Shown piece by piece: positions 28,237 to 38,341 of a stretch of 64,000 bases of DNA. The notes under the pieces were generated by a model. It did no database searches. It worked only from the letters and a program-made list of their open reading frames with translations, and was not told the origin of the DNA. Every line of letters begins with the position of its first letter. The first letter of the stretch is position 1. The stretch is taken from sequence record PP408249.1, one strand, 5' to 3'. The translations under genes and the position numbers were made by a program.

Positions 28237-28560
28237 ATGGTCTCTGTTAATATACCGTTAATTGTATCTAATAAAATATATAAAATGGAATTTGAATATG
28301 GCAAGGATGATGTGTTATATTTGTGTATGTATAGTGACAATAATACATATCTACATAATATAATAGTCAATACAGAATTTTCTATGCTTTTTGTTCAATG
28401 TATGGGTAAAACTATACCACTAGAATCGATATTATATATCCAGTCAAATATAAAAACAATAAGTGTGACTGATGATTATGGCTGTATAACCCTACATAAC
28501 GATACATTTTGTTTATGTACTGGATATTTTCAGGAAAAAGTTAAATTTTTTGCAGATTAA
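28237..28560 (+). CDS. Small-ORF family member (hhhh[Q/S]xxxxxI motif)
   Basis: GGAG RBS; SILYIQSNIKTI. Confidence 0.65.
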   Translation: MVSVNIPLIVSNKIYKMEFEYGKDDVLYLCMYSDNNTYLHNIIVNTEFSMLFVQCMGKTIPLESILYIQSNIKTISVTDDYGCITLHNDTFCLCTGYFQEKVKFFAD

Positions 28561-28562
28561 AT

Positions 28563-28889
28563 ATGAATGAACAAATTATATTATGTTTTCAAGCATGCAT
28601 TAATAAATTTGCCTACTTAGGAAACCCAAAAATAAGATTATTTAGAATCGGTAAAAGTGTCAAGATATCTGCACGGAATTATAATAATATGGATATAGGT
28701 TCGTTTGACAGTAATTTGAAATTTTTATTATATATCGATAGTATCCAAGATATTGGAATATATGATGAAAATTTTATATTTTATATATCAATAAATTCAG
28801 ACGAAATATCATTTTTGGGTTCTACAGGTACAGCACAAGTAGATACTGATCATGGAATTACTATATTCTTTACCCGCACCAAAACATAA
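28563..28889 (+). CDS. Small-ORF family member
   Basis: QIILCFQACINK. Confidence 0.6.
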   Translation: MNEQIILCFQACINKFAYLGNPKIRLFRIGKSVKISARNYNNMDIGSFDSNLKFLLYIDSIQDIGIYDENFIFYISINSDEISFLGSTGTAQVDTDHGITIFFTRTKT

Positions 28890-28898
28890 TCCTAAATT

Positions 28899-29156
28899 AT
28901 GATATTCATTGTACAGCGACTATTATATAACATAACATATAATAAAAATACAATACTGTTCGGTTGTTTTAACAGTGGATATTTTTTAATTAATAGAAGA
29001 AGTGGTATTGGATTCTTATTTACAGATATATGTATGAAACGAATAAAATGCATTTATTTCATATTATATATTTCGCGTAATACCAATACTATAGGCAATG
29101 ATGGAATCTATATTAAAGATTTAGAACTATTAAGAGTAATGCACATACTTCGATGA
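28899..29156 (+). CDS. Small-ORF family member
   Basis: MIFIVQRLL..FILYISRNTNTI. Confidence 0.6.
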   Translation: MIFIVQRLLYNITYNKNTILFGCFNSGYFLINRRSGIGFLFTDICMKRIKCIYFILYISRNTNTIGNDGIYIKDLELLRVMHILR

Positions 29157-29461
29157 ATATAAATTTAATACTGATACTTCAACGATGTACGTCTGTAATA
29201 GGAGGATTCCAGCGCGGCGGCGCAACACTTATTCATATTTATAGTGATTTTAATTTATCTGCTATAATGACGTTATACAAAAGAAGATGCAAATGCATTT
29301 TATTTACTGACATTTTGTTTAACGACATTAAAGACGGTTCTATAGATATCATTATCTATATAAGTAAGAATGCAAACCTAATACACGATAAATTTGCCTA
29401 CATAGACACATCTGTTACAGATGAATCTTCTGTTCCTTTACACGATATGACAGGAATATGA
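29153..29461 (+). CDS. Small-ORF family member
   Basis: LILILQRCTSVI..IIIYISKNANLI. Confidence 0.65.
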   Translation: MNINLILILQRCTSVIGGFQRGGATLIHIYSDFNLSAIMTLYKRRCKCILFTDILFNDIKDGSIDIIIYISKNANLIHDKFAYIDTSVTDESSVPLHDMTGI

Positions 29462-29943
29462 ATAATCCTATATATAATTTTATACTTGCAAGACGAATAT
29501 GCAAACGGTATAAAATAAAATTCAATCCTTTTGTAAAATTAGATACAGGAAGTTTACAAATAGATAACGCAGATAAAATAACAGTTAGCGTAAATGTATT
29601 TAATAGTAATTTTATACCTATATTTTGGCACGAAATAGGGCATTATATTCATCATACATTAGTTAATTATAAAATTTATTTAGATTACTATACTCCTATT
29701 TGTCCTACACACGGGTATCTTTTATATAATAAGACACAAGATTTTTATAAATGTCTTTATTCCGAAATGTTTGCTAGTAGATTTGCACTAAAGGTGTGCG
29801 GAGCAAAACATAAGAAATACCTCATAAAATGTTTCCACACATACACTTCTGCTGCATTTAAAACCAACATCGCCAGCCAATCTAAATTTACAAGATTTGT
29901 AGATTTTGTAGAAAAACTTTCTAGAAAATTAGATAGATATTAA
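29458..29943 (+). CDS. HExxH metallopeptidase-like protein
   Basis: FWHEIGHYIH and downstream SEMFASRFA. Confidence 0.65.
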   Translation: MNNPIYNFILARRICKRYKIKFNPFVKLDTGSLQIDNADKITVSVNVFNSNFIPIFWHEIGHYIHHTLVNYKIYLDYYTPICPTHGYLLYNKTQDFYKCLYSEMFASRFALKVCGAKHKKYLIKCFHTYTSAAFKTNIASQSKFTRFVDFVEKLSRKLDRY

Positions 29944-30228
29944 TATATGAACACTTATGATTATATAAGACAGAATAACGACAAAATAGTTACATTCGAA
30001 ACTATATTACATATAAGCAGCAGAAGTAGAGTTGTAAGACTGCATTACAATTTTAGTTATATTTTACAACGAATGTCTCTAATTCTACCAGATAAACGCG
30101 GGAACCTGGTAATTAAATACTTTTATTACCGAAGTGTATGAAATATATTTCGTGTATATTATATAACTTTCTGTTCACTACTTATATAAAAGTACATTCC
30201 AAAAATATTGTAAATATAGTATAGTTTT

Positions 30229-30351
30229 CATATAAAAGTATGCGTATAATTTGCACATATAACGCAATAACGCAGCAACAAACAAAACGTAATAAAAAAA
30301 TGTTGCAATAGCTTAAAAGTTTTAGTATAATAAGCGTATAATGCAGCATAG
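30229..30351. promoter_or_regulatory. GA/TC/GG/CC-free island containing the tRNA-cluster promoter
   Basis: 123 nt free of the four dinucleotides; TTGCAA(30303)-17-TATAAT(30326) with upstream A-tract. Confidence 0.75.
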
Positions 30352-30366
30352 ATAACAAGTTAAAAC

Positions 30367-30443
30367 CCCTCGGTAGCTCAGTTGGTTAGAGCGCGCGACT
30401 CATAATCGCTAGGTCACTGGTTCGAATCCAGTTCGAGGGACCA
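30367..30443 (+). tRNA. tRNA with CAT anticodon (Ile2 or elongator Met), copy 1
   Basis: Cloverleaf, loop CT-CAT-AA, TTCGAAT, A73, encoded CCA; body resembles bacterial tRNA-Ile2; acceptor 5' CCCTCGG. Confidence 0.9.
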
Positions 30444-30465
30444 ATTTTAAGATGTTGTGCTTTTA

Positions 30466-30550
30466 GCCCGAGTGGTGAAATTGGTAGACACAGGAGACTT
30501 AAAATCTCCCGCTTCGCAGCGTACCGGTTCGAGTCCGGTCTCGGGTACCA
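30466..30550 (+). tRNA. tRNA-Leu(TAA), copy 1
   Basis: ggaga-CT-TAA-AA-tctcc, long variable arm, CCA. Confidence 0.95.
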
Positions 30551-30600
30551 AACAAAAGATATAAATACTTAACAAGATAGGAAACTATTCTAAAATTAAA

Positions 30601-30676
30601 TGGCTAGTAGCTCAGTTGGTAGAGCAAATGACTGTTAATCATTAGGTCGTAGGTTCGAGTCCTACCTAGCCAGCCA
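30601..30676 (+). tRNA. tRNA-Asn(GTT)
   Basis: aatga-CT-GTT-AA-tcatt, G73, CCA. Confidence 0.95.
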
Positions 30677-30702
30677 ATTACACTTTGTTGTATATTCAAT
30701 AT

Positions 30703-30778
<76 letters not shown>

Positions 30779-30847
30779 ATTTTAAATAACAGTTGTATCT
30801 AAAGAGATACAATAGTCTAAATAAAATATTCATATAATGTTTCAAAC

Positions 30848-30924
30848 GGGACTTTAGCTCAGTTGGTTAGAGCGCGCGACTCATAATCGCTAGGTCACTG
30901 GTTCGAATCCAGTAAGTCCCACCA
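30848..30924 (+). tRNA. tRNA with CAT anticodon (probably Ile2, lysidine-modified), copy 2
   Basis: Identical to copy 1 outside the acceptor stem; acceptor 5' GGGACTT; CCA. Confidence 0.9.
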
Positions 30925-30974
30925 ATTTTTATATACAAATCAAACTATACTTAAACTATATAATGAATGAATAT

Positions 30975-31059
30975 GCCCGGTTGGTGAAATCGGTAGACAC
31001 AGGAGACTTAAAATCTCCCGACGAAAGTCGTGCCAGTTCGAGTCTGGCACCGGGCACCA
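30975..31059 (+). tRNA. tRNA-Leu(TAA), copy 2
   Basis: Same anticodon arm as copy 1, different variable and T arms, CCA. Confidence 0.95.
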
Positions 31060-31926
31060 AACTCCTACAAAAGGAACATATTATAGTATGTTCCTTTTTT
31101 ATTATGATATTTTTATTATGAATGAAATAATGCATATATCTGCCAACACATACGTAATAGAATATCGCGTATTAAACAAGTTAGTAGTCACTATAAAAAA
31201 TAATAGATCTTTTACATTATGGGTACATTTTGATATCGGTACATTTTCTATGGCATGGAAATACAATGCAATATAGAATTAAAAAATGAAATACATTATT
31301 AATTTACAATACTCAACAGAAGTAATATATATGCCGTGTTTCAACATAATATCGTTATGCGATAATAGATCTGTTACTATCCTTTCTATTACTATGATAT
31401 TTAAGATAAGATACTATTTGCATCCGATGTTCCGTTATATTCTATAATACATAATATTTTTATTGTAACAAATACCGGAAGTGCTTAGATAATATATAGC
31501 AATTCTGTTTATTATCGATATTGCGGTATACTTAGTATTTCTTATTAACCGTATTACATAGAATAAAGAATGGAAAAAATTTTAACTATTTCACATAAAA
31601 CATTAATATGTGAACTGTCGTTATTAAAATGGTCGAAATCCATAGTTTGTGTTTATTCTTACGAAATAATATGGTATGTTCGGTTGGATAAGTATTGTTA
31701 TGTTGTACGACTAAGATGATGATAATGAACTGTATTTTTTCCTATTCGTACTATTTAGAACGCATCGTATGTCATGCAAAAATCTACAAAGGGTTTGTAG
31801 TCAGTAAAAATACTTTTTGTGAGAAATCCGTAATAGCTTTATACTTAATAAATAGTGGTAGTTATTTTCATAAATGTTACGTCGATCATTACTTAATTGT
31901 ATAGATATATATTTTAATAAAAATAG

Positions 31927-31955
31927 TTGACCAAACAAACAAAACAGTATATAAT
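31927..31955 (+). promoter_or_regulatory. sigma70-type promoter upstream of tRNA-Arg
   Basis: TTGACC-17-TATAAT. Confidence 0.7.
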
Positions 31956-32006
31956 GTTACGCATATAAAGCATTATTACAAAGCTATTATTAGTTGTACA
32001 AGATAT

Positions 32007-32083
32007 GCGCTCGTAGCTCAGCTGGATAGAGCATCCGCCTTCTAAGCGGATGGTCGGGGGTTCGAATCCCTCCGGGCGCGCCA
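32007..32083 (+). tRNA. tRNA-Arg(TCT)
   Basis: tccgc-CT-TCT-AA-gcgga, CCA. Confidence 0.95.
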
Positions 32084-32351
32084 ATTTTAAAGAGTGTTGT
32101 GTTATGCAAACAATAAGATTTGACATAAGACTTCTTCGTTATAGTATGAAACAAGGTTTCTGTTGTATAGGTAAAGATATATTTGAAGTGTGCAGAAAAA
32201 CTCGGATCAGTCCAGGTCAGCTAAACTTACGAAAAAATTATATAGGACGAGTATTAATCGGAATTGATTCGAACTATAATCTGCACAATACCTGTTTAGT
32301 AGGCTGGACTCGGAATAAAAATATTATAGTATAAAAATTTATATTAATAAT

Positions 32352-32594
32352 ATGAATAGATGCAAAGAACATCTACAATACAGAACAATCAAAAAGCATA
32401 CATCGACTTGTAGGAAATGCAAAGAGTTATCGTTACAAATAAAATTATTTTGGCTTCAACAACAAGCATTCAGTATTAGAACTGATACTAGCGGAATATA
32501 CATATTCGATATTAAATATAATTCTATTTACTTATACTCTGTAGCTTGGTATAATACAGAATTATACGGTAAAGGGAAAATAATTTTAGAATAA
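32352..32594 (+). CDS. Hypothetical protein
   Basis: 80 aa ORF, CxxC. Confidence 0.5.
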   Translation: MNRCKEHLQYRTIKKHTSTCRKCKELSLQIKLFWLQQQAFSIRTDTSGIYIFDIKYNSIYLYSVAWYNTELYGKGKIILE

Positions 32595-32622
32595 ACATGT
32601 ATATATAAGAGTACCTCAAATA

Positions 32623-32955
32623 ATGAATAATTATTCTAATGATACAGATGTTCTAAAATGGATAAAGCGTAACAATAGAAAAAATGCACGTCTAATTTCA
32701 TATATAGACGGAATATATAATATTGTTTATTTCGATGCCGGAAAAGCAAGAGTTGGCATAGTAAAAGACAATATGCACTGTAGATACGGAATACATAGTC
32801 GTGGATCTATGTATTCGAAAGATATAATGAGCCTGTGGCAATCTAGTACAGGTTCGTGTTCGCCTGATGATGTAAAGATTATGCAAGATTATCTAGACGA
32901 TAAATGCATACTTCCGGAATTTGATTTTTCTCAGATTAAAAATTTAAAATGGTAA
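32623..32955 (+). CDS. Hypothetical phage protein
   Basis: 110 aa ORF with protein-like composition. Confidence 0.75.
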   Translation: MNNYSNDTDVLKWIKRNNRKNARLISYIDGIYNIVYFDAGKARVGIVKDNMHCRYGIHSRGSMYSKDIMSLWQSSTGSCSPDDVKIMQDYLDDKCILPEFDFSQIKNLKW

Positions 32956-32978
32956 ATAATATAACAATATAGTTTTAT

Positions 32979-33055
32979 CGCAGGGTATGCAAGAGGTCTA
33001 AGCAGAAAGGCTCATAACCTTTTTATCGTGGGTTCGAATCCCACCCCTGCAACCA
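32979..33055 (+). tRNA. tRNA-Met(CAT), initiator-like
   Basis: C1/A72 mismatch, G2-C71, C3-G70, G11-C24, loop CT-CAT-AA, CCA. Confidence 0.85.
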
Positions 33056-33064
33056 GTTTTATAT

Positions 33065-33141
33065 CTAGGCATAGCTCAAGTAGGTAGAGCACTTGCTTTG
33101 GGAGCAAGAGGTTGGGGATTCGAGGTCTCCTGCCTAGACCA
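33065..33141 (+). tRNA. tRNA-Pro(TGG)
   Basis: cttgc-TT-TGG-GA-gcaag, C1-G72, A73, CCA. Confidence 0.9.
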
Positions 33142-33150
33142 ATTTACTAT

Positions 33151-33223
33151 GCAGTCCTAGCTCAATTGGTAGAGCACTGTCCTTCCAAGTCAGATGTTAC
33201 GGGTTCGAGTCCCGTGGGCTGCT
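33151..33223 (+). tRNA. tRNA-Gly(TCC)
   Basis: CT-TCC-AA loop, U73; CCA not fully encoded; one T-T mismatch in anticodon stem. Confidence 0.85.
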
Positions 33224-33976
33224 CAATATTCTAATATAATTGATTGGTATATCTAATCGATGATTCATGTAGTGGATAAATATGGAAGTATAGTTATACC
33301 ATCTAATATAACGGTGCTGGAAATACAGGCATACACAACAGAGTTATTGTATGTAAGAAAATCTCATTGTTTATGTTTATACATTCCTAATATAGGAAAT
33401 TATGCTTTATGGTTTTTAGACAGATAGGTTAAAAATATAAATTGATATTGTTCTGTTTAAGGAACCCACATTAAATGGCAGGTTGCATATTTAGACTCGA
33501 TTTGTCTATTTTTCGTGAAAATGTATATAGCATTTCTAGGTTGTCTTATACAAAATCTATATGTGTTTTAATAAAAACTAAACCGACAAGCAATAGAAAA
33601 CAATTAGAAATATATGTTGTAGATAAAACAACTGATTTTTTAGTTGCATGCAAATATTTTTAGCTTATCTATTATTTTATAAATTGACTTACCTTTAAAT
33701 AACCATTATATATATTTGATATAATAACTATTCTAAATAGAAATAAAACCATAAATACACATAATAACGGTGTGGATTTATGGAAAACATATTTAGGATA
33801 TCTATTAATGCTAACGAAGGTATTATACGAATATCCCCTACTTACTTTTTTAATGGTGTTTTTTATTCAAAGCATTTGAATATTTTTATAATAGATCCCG
33901 ACGGATATTTAATAAGAAAAATATATACTTGTAGTACATTCTTATGATGATTTCTTTTAAATATACAAAATAACAT

Positions 33977-34005
33977 TTGACACAAGTATAATTATTTCGT
34001 ATAAT
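33977..34005 (+). promoter_or_regulatory. Consensus sigma70 promoter
   Basis: TTGACA-17-TATAAT upstream of 34037 and the two Ser tRNAs. Confidence 0.8.
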
Positions 34006-34036
34006 AAGTGCATAAAATAACAAAAGAGAATTTTAA

Positions 34037-34396
34037 ATGATTTCCAAAATTCAAATTGTATACGGAATATATCTTCCTACTGCCGATGCAAAAATTATAT
34101 ACGAAGACTCGGAATACGAATCTAATAAAATAAATAAAAATATTAGATTATTTGCAAATGATGCATATTTAGAAGATAAGATTTTAGAAAATAAGGAATT
34201 CGAAGATAATCCCTATGTTCCGCACTTTTATGGTATCTTTTGTAAAGAATTCGATAATGACCAAAGTGCATACTTATATAATGTTCCTAAATCTTTTATA
34301 GATGAATATAATAATGTAGCTCCAGCTATTTTAGCTAGACTCGGCTATTTAGATAGAGTTGCAGGAAAACAACATTGTAGAATAATTTACGAATAG
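34037..34396 (+). CDS. Hypothetical protein
   Basis: 119 aa ORF behind consensus promoter. Confidence 0.75.
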   Translation: MISKIQIVYGIYLPTADAKIIYEDSEYESNKINKNIRLFANDAYLEDKILENKEFEDNPYVPHFYGIFCKEFDNDQSAYLYNVPKSFIDEYNNVAPAILARLGYLDRVAGKQHCRIIYE

Positions 34397-34410
34397 AATT
34401 AACTAGTTTT

Positions 34411-34500
34411 GGAGAGGTGATAGAGTCTGGTTTATTATACTAGTCTTGAAAACTAGCGGATCGAAAGGTCCCGTGGGTTCGAATCCCACCCTCTCCGCCA
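34411..34500 (+). tRNA. tRNA-Ser(TGA)
   Basis: ctagt-CT-TGA-AA-actag, long variable arm, G73, CCA. Confidence 0.95.
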
Positions 34501-34505
34501 AATAT

Positions 34506-34595
34506 AGATACTTGACCGAGTGGCTTAAGGTGCTTCCCTGCTAAGGAAGTGAGTTTGAAAAAGCTCCGTAGGTTCGAATCCTACAGTATCTGCCA
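34506..34595 (+). tRNA. tRNA-Ser(GCT)
   Basis: cttcc-CT-GCT-AA-ggaag, long variable arm, G73, CCA. Confidence 0.95.
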
Positions 34596-34601
34596 ACACA
34601 C

Positions 34602-34626
34602 AAGCGGAACAATTGTTCCGCTTTTT
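34602..34626 (+). terminator. Intrinsic terminator after tRNA-Ser pair
   Basis: aagcggaac-aatt-gttccgcttttt. Confidence 0.85.
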
Positions 34627-34939
34627 ATTAACCTAATAAATGTTATTTTATAATGTTACTCATTATAAAACATATCTTATAATACTAGTTTTGAAATTTC
34701 TAAAATAATTTGTAATAATATTAGTTTAGGTATTATATAGAAAAAGATTACTAGACAAAGTATTATTGCAGATGTTAAATGCAATCAACTATTATTATCT
34801 AATTTAGCAAAATCAGAAAATACTCATTTAAATCAGTATAGTATTACATTCTGGTATTTTCCATTAAAACAATAAATTTACAATTTTATTAATACACAGA
34901 GTATAGTATATTAAATATAAATCACACGAGGTCACAGTT

Positions 34940-35155
34940 ATGAACAAACATTTCGATATAATTGCCGAACTCGAATATCCTACTTATACTGTACAAGTAA
35001 GGAAATATCGCGACGATGGTAGATATGAGGTTGGCCAACAACCTAACGAGGGCGAGTATGTTGCACGCCACGAAAATTGCACTGCCGACGACGCCATCCG
35101 CGTACTATCTCACTACTGCACAGCAGCCCTTTATAAAATAAAGAAACAATACTAA
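34940..35155 (+). CDS. Hypothetical protein
   Basis: GAGG RBS, 71 aa. Confidence 0.7.
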   Translation: MNKHFDIIAELEYPTYTVQVRKYRDDGRYEVGQQPNEGEYVARHENCTADDAIRVLSHYCTAALYKIKKQY

Positions 35156-35159
35156 TTAA

Positions 35160-35378
35160 ATGAGAATATTTGTTATGTGTACAGATGCCGGTCCTTCGCC
35201 GGCATTTTGGCAAGAACCAAACTGTGGAATAACCTATGACACTAAAGATGCGTATGGCGATTTCAGTGTTAATGACATATTCAAAGTATTAGTAAAAAAA
35301 GTAAACATAGTGTTATGTGCGAATGTATCCAACTACGAGATATTAAGCTATTCTAGGTTCTTAAAATCATGCACATAA
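35160..35378 (+). CDS. Hypothetical protein
   Basis: 72 aa ORF. Confidence 0.55.
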   Translation: MRIFVMCTDAGPSPAFWQEPNCGITYDTKDAYGDFSVNDIFKVLVKKVNIVLCANVSNYEILSYSRFLKSCT

Positions 35379-35641
35379 CTAAACTAACTAAACTATGTTC
35401 CATGTATCAATATCTCGAAATCATCATGGAACATCTGCAGGACAAAACAACATCAATTATAATTAGATTCGAAGTACCGACAGAGTATGGTAGTATTTCA
35501 TCTTTCATATTTCATTTTAAAATACATAAGAAAACAACTAAAATAACTAATAATCTAAATGATTATTCTAATAGAATAAATCATTTACATAACAGTTATA
35601 TCAGATGGATTAATAATCCAAGAATGAAACTTTATAAATGA
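35369..35641 (+). CDS. Hypothetical protein
   Basis: 90 aa ORF. Confidence 0.55.
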   Translation: MHITKLTKLCSMYQYLEIIMEHLQDKTTSIIIRFEVPTEYGSISSFIFHFKIHKKTTKITNNLNDYSNRINHLHNSYIRWINNPRMKLYK

Positions 35642-35798
35642 TAAACATATTTAAAATACAGATGCACTTAGCACATATGATATATTATCATTTATCTATA
35701 TATACTATAGATTCATCATCATCACCCATCGTTTTTATTAATTTAAATAATCCTAAACCCATATGGAACAGTCATTATGAAATTAAAGAGTATAATGA

Positions 35799-36149
35799 AT
35801 GAACTTTGAGTATGTATTTAAATTAATCAATCTACTAAAAGTTTCTAGTTCGATAGAACGTATTTCGTTATCTAAATTTTATAACGACTACGGCGTATAT
35901 ATAGAATACAAAAATAATAAAAAAATGCATCGCTTGTTAGACCATAACATTACTAGCCCAATCAACATTATAGAAGAAGAACTAGAACGCATAATTAGAA
36001 TTTCTGCATCTAATGTGAAAATATCACCAGTGTACAATCGTGCTACCCAGAAAGAAATATTAAATATGTGGATAAATTATACATTAATTTGGCGAAGAAC
36101 ATTTTATTCCAGTGCATATACAATGCAACCGTATTTGAAGGTAAAGTAA
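35799..36149 (+). CDS. Hypothetical protein
   Basis: 116 aa ORF. Confidence 0.6.
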   Translation: MNFEYVFKLINLLKVSSSIERISLSKFYNDYGVYIEYKNNKKMHRLLDHNITSPINIIEEELERIIRISASNVKISPVYNRATQKEILNMWINYTLIWRRTFYSSAYTMQPYLKVK

Positions 36150-36329
36150 ATGACAATAGACGAATTTCTAGAACAATTAGACTGTGCATGTACTGATGGC
36201 AATTGCATATTTCGCCCATCGCATCGGAAAGGAATGGTAACTAACGGCGGTTGTAAGTGTCTGGTAGACAGAAATAAACACACTAATGTACTGAGGTATA
36301 TTAATTTCTTAAAATCTAAAATAAAATGA
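36150..36329 (+). CDS. Small Cys-rich protein (not in ORF track, 59 aa)
   Basis: MTIDEFLEQLDCACTDGNCIFRPSHRKGMVTNGGCKC...; AAGG RBS; ATGA overlap with next gene. Confidence 0.7.
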   Translation: MTIDEFLEQLDCACTDGNCIFRPSHRKGMVTNGGCKCLVDRNKHTNVLRYINFLKSKIK

Positions 36330-36544
36330 TAGATTACATCTTTAAATTAAGTTCCTATTGTTTAATTTTTATAGATTCATCACGCCATTATGGTGTACAC
36401 TACGATCTGGCAGAATATTTTTCAGACGGTTCTATATGGTATAAATGGTCTTACGAGACTACTTCGCACAACGATACTCAGTATAATAAAGGAAAATACA
36501 CAAAAAGTTTTATATACTTAATGGAAGGAAAATATTCAGCATGA
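36326..36544 (+). CDS. Hypothetical protein (family-like start MIDYIFKLS)
   Basis: 72 aa, coupled on both sides. Confidence 0.55.
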   Translation: MIDYIFKLSSYCLIFIDSSRHYGVHYDLAEYFSDGSIWYKWSYETTSHNDTQYNKGKYTKSFIYLMEGKYSA

Positions 36545-37059
36545 AAGGGTATGATTTAATTAAAGAATATTATGGTACCCGGGTTGCTAAACGTTCCGGG
36601 ATTCCGTTAATGAACCATATAGATGAAGGTCTAAAAATTTTAGATACAATAAATTCTTCATACGAAGTAAAAGAAGCATTTTGTTTACATCCTTTGCTCC
36701 AAAATAACGAAGAATTTGAAAATAACTATGATTTAGTAGTAAGCACAGGCGGCCTGGTAACAAAAAGTATTCTTCTTGCAATGGAATATAGACACAAAGC
36801 AAATACATATTTGTGTAAAAAAGAAACAGATCATTGGACAGTCGAATATGCATCTAAAAAAATAGGTCATGTTATTCATCCTGTAAAAGAAATGCTAATA
36901 GCAGATAAGGTTCAAAATTTCAAAGATTTTAAAATATATCATAAAGACACCCACAAAAGATCTCATCAATTATCTAAATATTTTAAAAATTGGTTAACAA
37001 TCTTAGAAATATCCGACGCTGACGCCAAAGATTTAGAACAAGTGTGTTATAAAGATTAA
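36541..37059 (+). CDS. Conserved hypothetical protein, possibly HD-domain-like
   Basis: AKRSGIPLMNHIDEG, FCLHPLLQ, LIADKVQN. Confidence 0.6.
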   Translation: MKGYDLIKEYYGTRVAKRSGIPLMNHIDEGLKILDTINSSYEVKEAFCLHPLLQNNEEFENNYDLVVSTGGLVTKSILLAMEYRHKANTYLCKKETDHWTVEYASKKIGHVIHPVKEMLIADKVQNFKDFKIYHKDTHKRSHQLSKYFKNWLTILEISDADAKDLEQVCYKD

Positions 37060-37120
37060 CACACATTAGATTTATAAATGCAATGCCACTAAATATCTTT
37101 AATTATGTAGGAGATATATT

Positions 37121-37759
37121 ATGTGGCAACAGCGTTGGGCATTAGTTGGAGACTCTATCCAGGCATGGGTATTAGAAAATAGTAATAGTGGTATTATTCC
37201 GAGGGCAGATAAACTCACTGCATCTATGATACCGTTTAAAGTAAACGCATCTATACAGAACGTGTCTGTCCCGGGTATGCGTTTAGCAAAAGGAACTGAT
37301 CCTAGTGATCCGTTTGATATTACTTCATTAAGCAAATTACATGGATTTTTCGGGTTAAACGGAGTTGTGTGTACATTAGGTACAAACGACTACGGAAGTC
37401 CATACGTAACTACAGTCGATTATTTTTATGCTTTAACTGATTTTTTGAATGCAGCAATATCGTTAACCATACCTGTTGTAATTGTTTCGCCTATATGGCG
37501 ACAAGATAAGGATACATCTGTATTAAAATACGACGGAACGACTAATGTACTTGCAGATTTTCAAAATACAGCACAATGGGTTACTTCACTTGTTTCTGCT
37601 AATAATAGTAATGTCTATTTTATAGATGGGAAACAAGCACCTGTCCAAAATGCAACATATTTTGGCGATGGATTGCATTTAAATGCTGCCGGTCATGCTA
37701 AATTTTGCACATGGTTAGTAAATGAAATGAAATCCAAAAATCTTTGGCAACAATATTAA
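37121..37759 (+). CDS. SGNH/GDSL hydrolase (esterase/acetylesterase)
   Basis: Block I LVGDSI, block III LGTND, block V DGLHLN; AGGAG RBS, CTAAATA upstream. Confidence 0.9.
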   Translation: MWQQRWALVGDSIQAWVLENSNSGIIPRADKLTASMIPFKVNASIQNVSVPGMRLAKGTDPSDPFDITSLSKLHGFFGLNGVVCTLGTNDYGSPYVTTVDYFYALTDFLNAAISLTIPVVIVSPIWRQDKDTSVLKYDGTTNVLADFQNTAQWVTSLVSANNSNVYFIDGKQAPVQNATYFGDGLHLNAAGHAKFCTWLVNEMKSKNLWQQY

Positions 37760-37795
37760 TAAAACATTGCCCGCATTAGCGGGCAATGTTTTATT
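37758..37795 (+). terminator. Intrinsic terminator
   Basis: aataaaacattgcccgc-atta-gcgggcaatgttttatt. Confidence 0.85.
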
Positions 37796-37865
37796 GTATT
37801 TTTATTTTTCTTATGCTATTATACAAATAATAAATAATGGACGTTTAATAACAAGGAAATGTTTT

Positions 37866-38096
37866 ATGAGTTCAGAATTTGATATAGATGACAGCGGACT
37901 TGCTGAAACCCACGAACAAATTGTAGAAAAAGCTGTAAGTAAAATACGAAAAGAAATGGCAAGAAATTCTGGCTATACCGAATGTATAGATTGCGGAGAA
38001 GAAATAGGAGAAGAAAGAAAACGTATACTGCCAAGCGCAACAAAATGTGTGGAATGCCAGTCGTTGTTTGATCTAAGAAATAAGTTATACAAATGA
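37866..38096 (+). CDS. TraR/DksA-family C4 zinc-finger protein
   Basis: CIDCGEEIGEERKRILPSATKCVECQ; ATG 37866 with AAGGA RBS. Confidence 0.85.
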   Translation: MSSEFDIDDSGLAETHEQIVEKAVSKIRKEMARNSGYTECIDCGEEIGEERKRILPSATKCVECQSLFDLRNKLYK

Positions 38097-38341
38097 ATCT
38101 ATCATTATTATGTAAATTATCTAGAATAGTTAGAAATAGTACAATCGTTATTTCTACTATTAAATATTCTAATTTTTTTATTTCCATTTTTAATAAAATA
38201 TATAGTTTAATAAGAATTGACATTGCTTCTAATTTAGTTACATGTTGCTTATCACCGACTGTTATAAACCTATTATCATTTTGTATAGAAGAAAGAAATG
38301 AAAATAAATCTAAAAAAGATAATAACACTAAACAAACTTAG
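38093..38341 (+). CDS. Hypothetical protein (possible small-ORF family member)
   Basis: 82 aa, ATGA overlap. Confidence 0.5.
   Translation: MNLSLLCKLSRIVRNSTIVISTIKYSNFFISIFNKIYSLIRIDIASNLVTCCLSPTVINLLSFCIEERNENKSKKDNNTKQT

Noticed and set aside
31914-32334. ORFs 31914..32126 (-) and 32050..32334 (+)
   Set aside because: Overlap the tRNA-Arg gene; translations reproduce the typical tRNA-derived pseudo-peptide.
33311-33370. Possible decayed tRNA-Leu (gtgctggaaat..ggcatacac..aaaatctc)
   Set aside because: Only D-arm-like similarity; no T-arm, acceptor pairing or valid anticodon loop.
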